Shown here in pieces: positions 46,346 through 55,402 of a stretch of DNA of 64,000 bases. The translations under genes were made by a program, and so were the position numbers. The DNA lies in the IMG/VR virus record IMGVR_UViG_3300017598_001140, positions 1-64,000 of that record. One strand, given 5' to 3'. Origin of the DNA: a virus. The notes beneath the pieces were generated by a model. The model was given only the letters and a program-made list of their open reading frames with translations. It searched no databases and had not been told where the DNA came from. How positions within the stretch are numbered: the first letter of the stretch is position 1; each line of letters begins with the position of its first letter.

Positions 46346-46837
46346 ATGGTGATGTTAGCAGCAACATTGGCGAGCGAGCTTGAAGATATGCCGCTAGAGG
46401 CAGAAGAAGAAGACGCGATAGACAATTTCGTGGCGGCGTGGGAAGCGTTTTTCATGGAGTCGTCAGTGGCAGGGCTTTCGCCTTTGGAAGCTGTGCTATT
46501 GGAACCGGCTTTATTGGCGATGAAAGACGAAATGGAAGGGCTTTCCGAAGACGGTGCCGAAGCATTGAAAAAAGGGATTGTTAAATTTTGGGACACGGTG
46601 ATTCTTACTGCTCCCTTGGTTTGGGTAACTGTGCCGCCTGTTTTGTCTGCTACCGGGCCGCTGTTATTAGATACGCTTCCAACAGAACTAGAAGCCGTGT
46701 TTCTTTCCAACACAGAAGGAAAGCTGGACAAAGGACCGGCGGCATTGGCTATTGCTGGCAAAATATATCCGTTGCAGCTTGGAGGATTGGCCACGATGAC
46801 GCCGCCGCCACCAGAAACGAAACTTCCGATTTTGTGA
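46346..46837 (+). CDS. Hypothetical baseplate-associated protein
   Basis: Position; hydrophobic/acidic. Confidence 0.6.
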   Translation: MVMLAATLASELEDMPLEAEEEDAIDNFVAAWEAFFMESSVAGLSPLEAVLLEPALLAMKDEMEGLSEDGAEALKKGIVKFWDTVILTAPLVWVTVPPVLSATGPLLLDTLPTELEAVFLSNTEGKLDKGPAALAIAGKIYPLQLGGLATMTPPPPETKLPIL

Positions 46838-46844
46838 GGTAAAA

Positions 46845-47225
46845 ATGCCAAAAGGATTAAAAGTACCAATGGAGGCAAACGCAAGTGGCGGAATGGCTAT
46901 GGTTGAAGGGGACGAAAACAACCACAAAATAATAAGCCTTGGATTGTCAGACACGGATAACCAAAACGCCTATCAACAGGACGAAGGCATTGGTCGAGAT
47001 ATGATTTTTGAGTTGAATGACGAGGTTCTCAGAGGTTTGCTTGGCGGAAGGGTTGATTTGTTGTTTCAAAGATTTGAATTGCAGAAACGTTTCAAGCTGC
47101 TTCCTGATACTGTACAATGGACCGACAAGCCAAAAGAACAGGAGCTAAAATTGGAGTTTCGTTATGTGGATTTGGAGTCAGAAGAAGAGAAATCGTATTC
47201 AAGAAATTTTAAGGCAGGAGAATAA
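46845..47225 (+). CDS. gp25/GPW-like baseplate wedge subunit
   Basis: Size, position, GIGRDMIFELND. Confidence 0.65.
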   Translation: MPKGLKVPMEANASGGMAMVEGDENNHKIISLGLSDTDNQNAYQQDEGIGRDMIFELNDEVLRGLLGGRVDLLFQRFELQKRFKLLPDTVQWTDKPKEQELKLEFRYVDLESEEEKSYSRNFKAGE

Positions 47226-47228
47226 AAA

Positions 47229-49382
47229 ATGTCAGTCAATATAACGATTCCTCATTTTGATTTTTCTGCTTTTTATTACGGCGAAATATTGGAAGCGCTG
47301 TTGGAGTACAAAAGAAGGTATGTTCCAGAGCTTACCGATGAGTCGGAATTCGAGCCGTCTATACAATTCCTGAGAGCGTTTTCCCTTGTCGGCCACTTGA
47401 ACAATACGCTAGTGGATTTAGTCGCAAACAACAGCACTCTGCCGACCTCTGAAGTTCCTGAAGTAGTTAGGACAATGTTGCGGTTGATAGATTATGAAAT
47501 GCTACCTGCTTCGCCAGCTCAAGCAGATGTTGTTTATGAACTTTCAAAAGTGTTCGCGTCGTCTTTTGAATTGGTGTCGGAAAACGCACAAGTTGCGACG
47601 AAAAAACAAGGCGATGTTGAAGCGGTTCCGTTTGAAGCACTGGAAGCGCTGACCATAGAACCAACCGACGAGTTTAGCTACGTGCTCGGCGAAGAGGATT
47701 CTGTTTTCACGGACTACACAACAGAAGCAAACAATCAAATTTTAGGAAACGACTTTCAACCCGTTGTTACATTGGCCATGAAGGATGCGATTTATTTTGG
47801 CCACAAAAATATAATGTGGGATAAATTGGATTTTGTTTTCGATACCGCCGCGCAATTTGGAACCAAAAGAGTTTTGGAATTTTACGATGGCGATTGGAGC
47901 AAAGGCGCGCCGACTTCTGTTGCAACCGTGTCGTCCACATTGGAATTTGATTTGTCTAGTATTTTAGGCTCTGAAAACCGGCAAGGAACGCAAATAAAAG
48001 TTCTGTTGAACGCGAGCATAACTTCCGAAACCGTAGAGAGCACTTGGAACGGTTCTAAAAATATCGTAACGACTTCTTTTTTGGGTCAGGTTTCGCCGTC
48101 TGTTGACGCTGCCGATTACACTGTTGGTTCTGATTGGTCAGAAGTCACTGTAGATTCCGACGAGACTATTGGTTTAACAGTGGACGGAGAAATTGCCCTT
48201 ACACTACCGCAAACACTAACTCAAAATTGGATCGCGACAGAGATAGATACGAAAACAGCTTATTGGCTCAGGCTTAGAGTGATAGAAGGGACAGGGAGCG
48301 GCCCGGCGATAGAGTATGTCAGATTGGATACAGGAAAGCAGTATGCTCTTAGAACCGTGACGCAAGGAAAGGTAATAACCGACCCGGTTAGCTCTTCAAC
48401 CGGAGTCGCAGATCAGGTTCACGAATTGGCGCAAGAGAATTTTGTATGGGGGAGCGAAGAGATTGCGGTTGGTGGCGAAGATTGGTCGAGAGTATCTAAC
48501 TTTTTGAGTAGCGAACCGACTGCAAAACATTACGTCGTGAAACTGACCGACAACGATAAAGGAACGATTGTTTTTGGTTCCGGAGACAAAGGAAAAGTGC
48601 CACCGGCCGGAGCTGGTAATATTGCAAAATCTTATAGGTACGGCGCGAATTTTGACGGCAATGTCGGCGCGGAAACAATCGTTGTTGATAAGACCGGTTT
48701 GACGTTTGTTAACAAGGTCTGGAATCCGCGCCAAGCGGCGGGCTGGAGAGAGGCGCAAGGAGCATCGGAAGAAAGTCTCGAACAAACTAAATTGGAAGCG
48801 CCTGCGACGGTGAGAATAAAAACCGTTGCAGTTGGTCCGGATGACGTTGTTGATTTGACGATTGCCTATGTGGATGAAAACGGTTCAAGGCCGTTTGTTA
48901 GAGCGGCTGTTTTTGAAGAAGGGTTTGGCCCGAAAACGATGGAGCTTGTTGTGGTGGCCGCTGGTGGTGGATTGGCTGTTATTTCTCAGCTAACTGTATT
49001 GGATCAATATTTCAACGGCGACAAATACGCTTCGCCGCCAGTAGTCAAGCATTTGATAGCTAACCAAGAAGTGACCTCTGTTAATTACGCGCAAAAAGTG
49101 ATTGATGTCACCGCTACTGTTTACGGCAATACAACTATTGAAGCTGTTGAAACTCAATTGGCGAAATACATTCAACCCGAAGCGAAAAAACCTGACGGAA
49201 TTTCTTGGTTGTGGAGTATGGGTGGAGAGGTTCCTGTTGCGAAAATAAACAACATAATTTTTGAAACAGATGAGTCGATAACAGACGTTCAAATATCGGT
49301 TCCGGCGAGCGCGACGAATTTACAGACAAGAGAGCTGCCGGTGATAGGAACTATGGCGATAACCATTGTTTTGCCATCATAA
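47229..49382 (+). CDS. Baseplate J/gp6-like wedge protein
   Basis: PELTDESEFEP, LIDYEMLPASPA, IVFGSG..GKVPP, ESLEQ. Confidence 0.85.
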   Translation: MSVNITIPHFDFSAFYYGEILEALLEYKRRYVPELTDESEFEPSIQFLRAFSLVGHLNNTLVDLVANNSTLPTSEVPEVVRTMLRLIDYEMLPASPAQADVVYELSKVFASSFELVSENAQVATKKQGDVEAVPFEALEALTIEPTDEFSYVLGEEDSVFTDYTTEANNQILGNDFQPVVTLAMKDAIYFGHKNIMWDKLDFVFDTAAQFGTKRVLEFYDGDWSKGAPTSVATVSSTLEFDLSSILGSENRQGTQIKVLLNASITSETVESTWNGSKNIVTTSFLGQVSPSVDAADYTVGSDWSEVTVDSDETIGLTVDGEIALTLPQTLTQNWIATEIDTKTAYWLRLRVIEGTGSGPAIEYVRLDTGKQYALRTVTQGKVITDPVSSSTGVADQVHELAQENFVWGSEEIAVGGEDWSRVSNFLSSEPTAKHYVVKLTDNDKGTIVFGSGDKGKVPPAGAGNIAKSYRYGANFDGNVGAETIVVDKTGLTFVNKVWNPRQAAGWREAQGASEESLEQTKLEAPATVRIKTVAVGPDDVVDLTIAYVDENGSRPFVRAAVFEEGFGPKTMELVVVAAGGGLAVISQLTVLDQYFNGDKYASPPVVKHLIANQEVTSVNYAQKVIDVTATVYGNTTIEAVETQLAKYIQPEAKKPDGISWLWSMGGEVPVAKINNIIFETDESITDVQISVPASATNLQTRELPVIGTMAITIVLPS

Positions 49383-49394
49383 AAAGGAAGCAAA

Positions 49395-49811
49395 ATGAGT
49401 TTTTCAGATTGGACAGAAAACGAAGTTTTAAACGCTTTACTCGGTTCGTCTCAAGTGCTGTTGCCAAGCACAGTGCATATTGGATTGAGCACCACTTCAA
49501 TAGACGACGACGGAACCGGGTACACTGAGCCAGTAGGCGGAAGCTATGCAAGGGTTTCAGTGGCGAACACAAACGCAAGTTTCACCGTGTCTGTTGCGGG
49601 CCAAAAAACAAACGCAATTGACTTCGATTTTCCGCAAGCAAGTGGTGATTGGGGAGAGGTCGTGGAATGGTTTATTTGCGATGTCAGCTTGTCTCAAATT
49701 TATTTGAGTGGAATTCTTGACGATGGCGCAGGCTCGCCCGTTCCAAGAACCGTTTTGAACGGCGATGACTTCAAATTTTTAGCAGGTGATTTGAGAATTG
49801 TATTGGATTAA
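49395..49811 (+). CDS. Small tail/baseplate structural protein
   Basis: MSFSDWTENEVLN...GGSYARV...FPQASGDWG family. Confidence 0.7.
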   Translation: MSFSDWTENEVLNALLGSSQVLLPSTVHIGLSTTSIDDDGTGYTEPVGGSYARVSVANTNASFTVSVAGQKTNAIDFDFPQASGDWGEVVEWFICDVSLSQIYLSGILDDGAGSPVPRTVLNGDDFKFLAGDLRIVLD

Positions 49812-49814
49812 AAA

Positions 49815-50486
49815 ATGACTGTTCACGAAGCAAAAGGATTGGCTTTATGTTCGGCGAGTGCCAACTTCAAAGCCACAATGGTATTGAACAATCAGGGCTT
49901 GTGTTCTGTCGTTGCAACTCCGCTCGGAAAATTTGTAAACCCAATACAAATCGTGAGCATTGAAGCTTATTCGCTAACAAAAGTAAGGGTGACTTTCGAT
50001 AGGCCGATGCTGAAAGATTCCAGATTGGTTGATGTTGATAATTATTTGTTAACTCCGTCTTCGTTAACCGCTGCGGTAGTTCTTTACAGCGAGATCAGAA
50101 CAGAGGGTGTTTCTTTTCCTAGCTACGTTGATATTGTATTGGATTCCGAAATGACAGACGGTGAATCGTACGACATAGAAATAGAAACAAGCAACGGGCC
50201 GGAAAGTCCGGACGGTATGCCGTTTTCTGTGGATACGAACAAAGGTTCGTTTTTAGGGCTTGGAGAACTGCCGCAAATACTGTCGGTTGAAGCGGTTGGA
50301 ATAAACAGAGTGGATGTGACTTTTACCGAAACGATGACGGACAACGAAGCGATAAGAAACGCGGCGAATTATTCGTTCAACAATGGCTTGTCTGTTTTAA
50401 GTGTTCTTTCCATGTCGGATGACGTGGTTAAATTGGCAACGTCAGACCAAGTGCCGGGAACACTTTACACGCTGACGATTGGTTGA
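49815..50486 (+). CDS. Tandem Ig-like structural protein
   Basis: Two VxVTF...NY repeats. Confidence 0.6.
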   Translation: MTVHEAKGLALCSASANFKATMVLNNQGLCSVVATPLGKFVNPIQIVSIEAYSLTKVRVTFDRPMLKDSRLVDVDNYLLTPSSLTAAVVLYSEIRTEGVSFPSYVDIVLDSEMTDGESYDIEIETSNGPESPDGMPFSVDTNKGSFLGLGELPQILSVEAVGINRVDVTFTETMTDNEAIRNAANYSFNNGLSVLSVLSMSDDVVKLATSDQVPGTLYTLTIG

Positions 50487-50501
50487 AAAAGGAGTGGCTC
50501 A

Positions 50502-52454
50502 ATGAGCGTACCAACAACGAATAGAAACTATCCATTTCCAGACGAATGGATGAATCCTTATTACGATGATTTTTGGGACATGTTTGAGGCGATTGATCAG
50601 GACGTTCAAGACGCTTGGGATTCTATTGCTGGTAACGCCACTATGGATGCTGCGTACGATAATTTTGGCGCGCTACCGGCTCTTGTAGAAATCGACGGCG
50701 CAGAAGGCCAAGGCGATCTTGTTTTTGAAGTAGCCGACACAGCTTCTTTTGTTGTTGATTTGGAAAATGTTCTTGGCGCAGATGTCGATGGATTTTTTAT
50801 TGAAAACAACACAGATTATTTTCGCTTTTATCAAGGTGGAACTGATTTTCTAAATATCAGCGCAATGATACACGACTACGATCTGCAAGGTTCTGGCTCG
50901 TGGGGAGTTGATGTCGCAGGCGATGTTTCTGTTAGTGCAGCAACCGCAATAGAAATGGGTTGCGATGATTACATGGAGCTGTATTCCGAACAAGATGTCA
51001 CAATAGAATGGGGTGATGCGAGCACTTGGACAGGGTTGGATGCTTCTTTAATAATTCAAACAGATACGTCAGGAAACATAGAACTTGTTGCTGCTCAAGA
51101 GTTAAATTTTACATGGGACGCGGATAGCGTTTGGAGCGGCAATGGCGCGAGCTTGGAAATAGAGACAGATATTTCTGGAGATATAGAGATTGGATCTGCG
51201 GAAACGTTGTCGCTTGATTGGTCGGCAACGAGTATCTGGACCGGCAATGATGCGGGTTTAACTATTCAAACGCTCACTGGCGGCGACATCGACGTGCTTT
51301 CCATATGGGATCTTACCTTACAAGCCACTGAAGATTTGAGCTTGGCTTCGGTAAATAGCTCAACAATTATTGAATCTGGCGACTACATGGAGCTTTTGGC
51401 CGATGATTATATTACTATAGATTCTAATGCCGGGGATATAGGTTTGGGCACTAATAGCGGTGATATTACTTTTGAGGCAAGTGGCGGCGGGATAGGTTTC
51501 GCCTGGGATGGTTGGAATGATGTAATTTTTGATCTGGTTAACTGCGACGACCCAGAAGGAGAAGGGCCAGGCTTGGCTACTTGGCGTGTTCAAAACGGTG
51601 CTGATTATTTAGAACTTTCGCGTCAAAACACAGACTTGTTGAATTTGGATGCCGAATTTTATGGGATAGACATAGATGCGTCAAGTTCGTTTTATCTTGA
51701 TGCGCCAGGAATATACCTGGATGGAAGTAACGCAATACATCTTGATGCTTGGGGCACAAGTGATTCGTGGTTTCGTGTTCGTGATGCTGATTTAGAAATA
51801 AGAGTAGTGACTGGCGGAGATCTTTGGGTTTCCGCTGATGCTGGCGATGTAACTATGCTCGGACAAGAAGTGTATTTTTACGATCAATGGCTGACAGTTT
51901 CAAACAAAATCACGTTGTCTGAAAGTGGCGAAACGGCATTGGACACAACGAGTCAATCTATTGTTGGTTCAACAAATGAATTGGTTGCGACTATTGGCGC
52001 TCTTACGTTTGACGATATGTACAACAACGATTCTGGCGAGCGCATTGTGATAGTGGATGATGGCGACATGATTTTCCGTATTGCTGATACTGAAATTTTT
52101 TCGCTTCAACCCTCGCTTGGATCGGACGATGACAATATTTCAATAACAGGTGTAAGCACTACTGGTTTGTCTGTGAGAATGGAGATAGCGGATCTGGACA
52201 TTGATATGTCTTCGACATTGGAATTGGACAGCGTTGGAAATTCCTATTTAGCGGTTGATAGCGGCGACCTTGATTTTTCAACAACTACAAGCGGCGATAT
52301 GAATCTGGCTTCTGTTGGCGACGTGACATTTGTTGATCAATGGCTGGTAGGAGTTGGCGCAATTAGTTTGTCCGAAAGTGGCGGAACAAAATTAGACACA
52401 ACGAGCCAATCTATAGTTGGTGCGATAAATGAAATTTTTGGCTTGTTACCATGA
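50502..52454 (+). CDS. Highly acidic fibre/spike-like protein
   Basis: Beta-strand repeats; duplicated DQWL...LSESG..LDTTSQSIVG..NE block. Confidence 0.55.
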   Translation: MSVPTTNRNYPFPDEWMNPYYDDFWDMFEAIDQDVQDAWDSIAGNATMDAAYDNFGALPALVEIDGAEGQGDLVFEVADTASFVVDLENVLGADVDGFFIENNTDYFRFYQGGTDFLNISAMIHDYDLQGSGSWGVDVAGDVSVSAATAIEMGCDDYMELYSEQDVTIEWGDASTWTGLDASLIIQTDTSGNIELVAAQELNFTWDADSVWSGNGASLEIETDISGDIEIGSAETLSLDWSATSIWTGNDAGLTIQTLTGGDIDVLSIWDLTLQATEDLSLASVNSSTIIESGDYMELLADDYITIDSNAGDIGLGTNSGDITFEASGGGIGFAWDGWNDVIFDLVNCDDPEGEGPGLATWRVQNGADYLELSRQNTDLLNLDAEFYGIDIDASSSFYLDAPGIYLDGSNAIHLDAWGTSDSWFRVRDADLEIRVVTGGDLWVSADAGDVTMLGQEVYFYDQWLTVSNKITLSESGETALDTTSQSIVGSTNELVATIGALTFDDMYNNDSGERIVIVDDGDMIFRIADTEIFSLQPSLGSDDDNISITGVSTTGLSVRMEIADLDIDMSSTLELDSVGNSYLAVDSGDLDFSTTTSGDMNLASVGDVTFVDQWLVGVGAISLSESGGTKLDTTSQSIVGAINEIFGLLP

Positions 52455-53092
52455 TTGAAAAAAATTCAAAGGCAACTGTCCTTGTAATGCTTTCCGGTGG
52501 ATTGGATTCTACCGCAATGCTCTACAGGATGCTGTCTGAAACTCACAAGCATGAACGCTTGCATGTGTTGTTTCTCGAATTGGCTGGATGGGAAAGCGGT
52601 ACGAAAGGTGTGGCAGAGCGCCAAGCGGTTCAGAACATATTGAGTTATTTGCAACGCGATTTCAAATTCGACAAGAGTATAGATTTTCATTTTTATAATT
52701 CTTTTGCTTTAGATCAAATGCTTTATTACACGGCGGCAGCTCTTACTGCTAAGTCAATGAAGAATGTTCATAGCGTTGCAATTGGAAGAACCAAAGAGGA
52801 TGTGGGTTTTTTCAATAAAACTATTGAGAGAAGAAGTGTAATAGAAACCGCCGAAAATATATTTCACAATATTGTAAAAGGCAGCTCTGTTATGTCGTTT
52901 ACAAAAGGAAAAAAAGATCGAAATATTGAATTGATTTTTCCGGTTGAAGATTTCACAAAAAAAGAATTATTTTATTTATTGCCGCCGCCGTTGAAAAATT
53001 CTTTTTGTTCTTGTAGAAAACCGGACATTAATTTTCAACCGTGCGGCAAATGTAGTAAATGCAAAAGTATTGAAAAGCTAAAAAATAAATAG
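52451..53092 (+). CDS. QueC-like PP-loop ATPase
   Basis: MLSGGLDST PP-loop; SCRKP...PCGKCSKC zinc site. Confidence 0.8.
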   Translation: MIEKNSKATVLVMLSGGLDSTAMLYRMLSETHKHERLHVLFLELAGWESGTKGVAERQAVQNILSYLQRDFKFDKSIDFHFYNSFALDQMLYYTAAALTAKSMKNVHSVAIGRTKEDVGFFNKTIERRSVIETAENIFHNIVKGSSVMSFTKGKKDRNIELIFPVEDFTKKELFYLLPPPLKNSFCSCRKPDINFQPCGKCSKCKSIEKLKNK

Positions 53093-53112
53093 CAAAAAAA
53101 AGGAGAAAGCTA

Positions 53113-53442
53113 ATGGCTACCGAAAAAACAGAAGAAAAGAAATCGCCTGAAGAAAGACGAGCCACAAGAGAAGAAAAAAAAGAAGCAAAAGTTAGAGCGC
53201 GTTTGCCAGAGGAATTGGTGGATAAAGACGTTGCGGCTTTAAAGGTCCAATTAAAAAAAGAGATTGGTGAATTTGAAGCTCTGAAAGAACAAATGGTGGA
53301 AAAGAAATCGAGAAGCAACGCGATAAGAGAGGCATTGGCGGTTATCGACGAACCGTGCGATCATGAGAACGTCACCAAACAAGGAAAGAAGCGCTACAAG
53401 TGCGATGATTGCGGAGAAGTAATGAAATTTTTTGGCGGCTGA
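53113..53442 (+). CDS. Coiled-coil protein with C-terminal zinc ribbon
   Basis: AGGAG SD; CDH...CDDCG. Confidence 0.65.
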   Translation: MATEKTEEKKSPEERRATREEKKEAKVRARLPEELVDKDVAALKVQLKKEIGEFEALKEQMVEKKSRSNAIREALAVIDEPCDHENVTKQGKKRYKCDDCGEVMKFFGG

Positions 53443-53503
53443 AAATTTCAATCGAGCATCAACCAAGGCGAAAGTTATTTGGCAAATGCAAGGAGAAAAA
53501 AAG

Positions 53504-54049
53504 ATGGAATTTGGAGTAACAAAAAACGGAATCAAAGAGATGCAAAAGGCCATTGCTTATATGAGCGCGTCGGGTAAGCCGGGGGTGGCTCGGCCTGTTG
53601 TTTCTCGAAGTTTTGCGAGAACGGTTTCCGAGAACGAAGACGCCATTGCGCCGAAAATAAAATCGATCAAGGCGGAGGAAGAAACGGAGACAAAATTTCT
53701 CGAATACAAGGACGAAATTAGCGAGCTGTCTTTGTCTCTGGCGGACGACGTGAACGGAAAGCGACCGCGCCCCGGAACCAAGCTCACGATCTCGAAAGAA
53801 AACCAAGCTGTTTTCGATCAGGGTATTTCGGAGCTAGGTGAAAAATACAAAAAGGCGATTGAAGCGCATAATGAGTGGATGCAAGAAGAAGTTTCTGTCA
53901 AATTGATGACGGTTGATTTCGATGACGTTCCGCAGCAAATTGAACCTTGGGTTTACAAGGCGTTGAAGGTCTTTTTTGTTTACGAAAAATCCAAGTCGAC
54001 AAAGCAGAAAACAAAAACGAAAAAAAAGAAAAAGAGAAGAGATAAATAA
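53504..54049 (+). CDS. Hypothetical helical protein (fibre chaperone-like)
   Basis: AGGAG SD before ATG 53504. Confidence 0.55.
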   Translation: MEFGVTKNGIKEMQKAIAYMSASGKPGVARPVVSRSFARTVSENEDAIAPKIKSIKAEEETETKFLEYKDEISELSLSLADDVNGKRPRPGTKLTISKENQAVFDQGISELGEKYKKAIEAHNEWMQEEVSVKLMTVDFDDVPQQIEPWVYKALKVFFVYEKSKSTKQKTKTKKKKKRRDK

Positions 54050-55380
54050 TGGCGACAGGTTTTGGACAATACCCGTTTGGGCATATGCCGTTTGGTCATC
54101 CTTTTAGTGCTTCCAACATCATTGATCTAGCGTACAACCCGCTTGCCAGCCCGTCTACCGGCCAAATGATTGGTTACATCGAGACGGAAGCGGTGGACGA
54201 AACTTTTGGTCTTGAGATATATAAATTTATAATAAAAGAGATCAGAAACAAAGATGTTGAAAAAGGCTTGTTTCTGAAACGGTATTTGGAAGGCCCGCAA
54301 CAGGTTTGGAATTCGATTCAATTGAAGGCATTGGATTTGAAAACGTTGTGGGATGCGACAGCTATCCATGAAGATTGGTTGCCTTTTTTAAAGCCGATTG
54401 TAGGGTGGACCGCAAACCTAGACCACATAACCGATCAACTCGACACAGACCATCTCAGGAGGCTTGTGGCTTCGTCTGTGGCTCTTTGGAAAGCAAGGGG
54501 GAATGAAGACTCCACAATGGACCTGCTAACCCTTGCAACGGGCGTCAGGATGCGAATCTGGAATTGGTTTGATTTCAGGTGGCTTTCGGATGAAACGGTT
54601 TTAGGTGAAGAGCACGAAGGTTTTGACTCTTGGGTGATAGCATTGCCAGAGGGTGACGAAAAAGAAGAGTATTGGTCAAATCTCAGGATAGTTGACGACG
54701 GCGAATTGAACAGGAAATTGATTAGAGATATTGTGAGGTTGATGCGCGGTGTTAGCGAGCGGTATCAAATAACATACCTCGCTTTTCTGGACATGTTTGA
54801 AGTAGACGGCGACGACTCGCAATGGTACGACACGTATCAGGCCGCCACAACAGGGGCTCCGCTGTCCGTAAGCGATGGCGAAGCTTCATTGGTTGATGAC
54901 TCTGTGGCTGAAGCCGCAATAGTAAAAAGCGATGAAGCGCAAGGGTGGGACAATTACGTTTGTTATTGGAAGGTAAAAGTGAGCCAAGTCGGCGGTTCTG
55001 CTGGCGTTGCTTCTTTGCGGTTTTATTCCGATGATTTTGACAATGGATTTATTGTTGCATTGGATGTCCCGAACAATCGTTTTCGGTTGGGCGTTATTAC
55101 AGCGGGCACGCCAGTTTACACTTGGAACGCTTCAATCATTCCGGGTTTTGTTGCAGATCTATATTACGGTGTCAGAGTCGTTGCGACTACGATTCCGGCA
55201 ACTGGTCAGGTCAATATTATTTTGTATGTCGATAATGTCGAATTGATAAACGTCGATACAACGCCAGCGTTCAAGGGCGCTGTAGGATTTGGCCACGAAA
55301 TAGATCAAACGATAACAATAGGCGAGATCGAAGTAATGAGGTTGCCTGTTGCTGAAGATTTAATTGAAATAAACACCTAG
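54049..55380 (+). CDS. Baseplate wedge/tail protein I-like with C-terminal beta-sandwich
   Basis: WLPFLKPIVGW...RRLVASSVALWKARG. Confidence 0.7.
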   Translation: MATGFGQYPFGHMPFGHPFSASNIIDLAYNPLASPSTGQMIGYIETEAVDETFGLEIYKFIIKEIRNKDVEKGLFLKRYLEGPQQVWNSIQLKALDLKTLWDATAIHEDWLPFLKPIVGWTANLDHITDQLDTDHLRRLVASSVALWKARGNEDSTMDLLTLATGVRMRIWNWFDFRWLSDETVLGEEHEGFDSWVIALPEGDEKEEYWSNLRIVDDGELNRKLIRDIVRLMRGVSERYQITYLAFLDMFEVDGDDSQWYDTYQAATTGAPLSVSDGEASLVDDSVAEAAIVKSDEAQGWDNYVCYWKVKVSQVGGSAGVASLRFYSDDFDNGFIVALDVPNNRFRLGVITAGTPVYTWNASIIPGFVADLYYGVRVVATTIPATGQVNIILYVDNVELINVDTTPAFKGAVGFGHEIDQTITIGEIEVMRLPVAEDLIEINT

Positions 55381-55402
55381 CAAGTTTCATAGGAGAAAAA
55401 AA

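Noticed and set aside
36214-49382. Extracellular contractile injection system/tailocin or GTA
   Set aside because: Linked to terminase, portal, capsid and replication genes, so a complete phage
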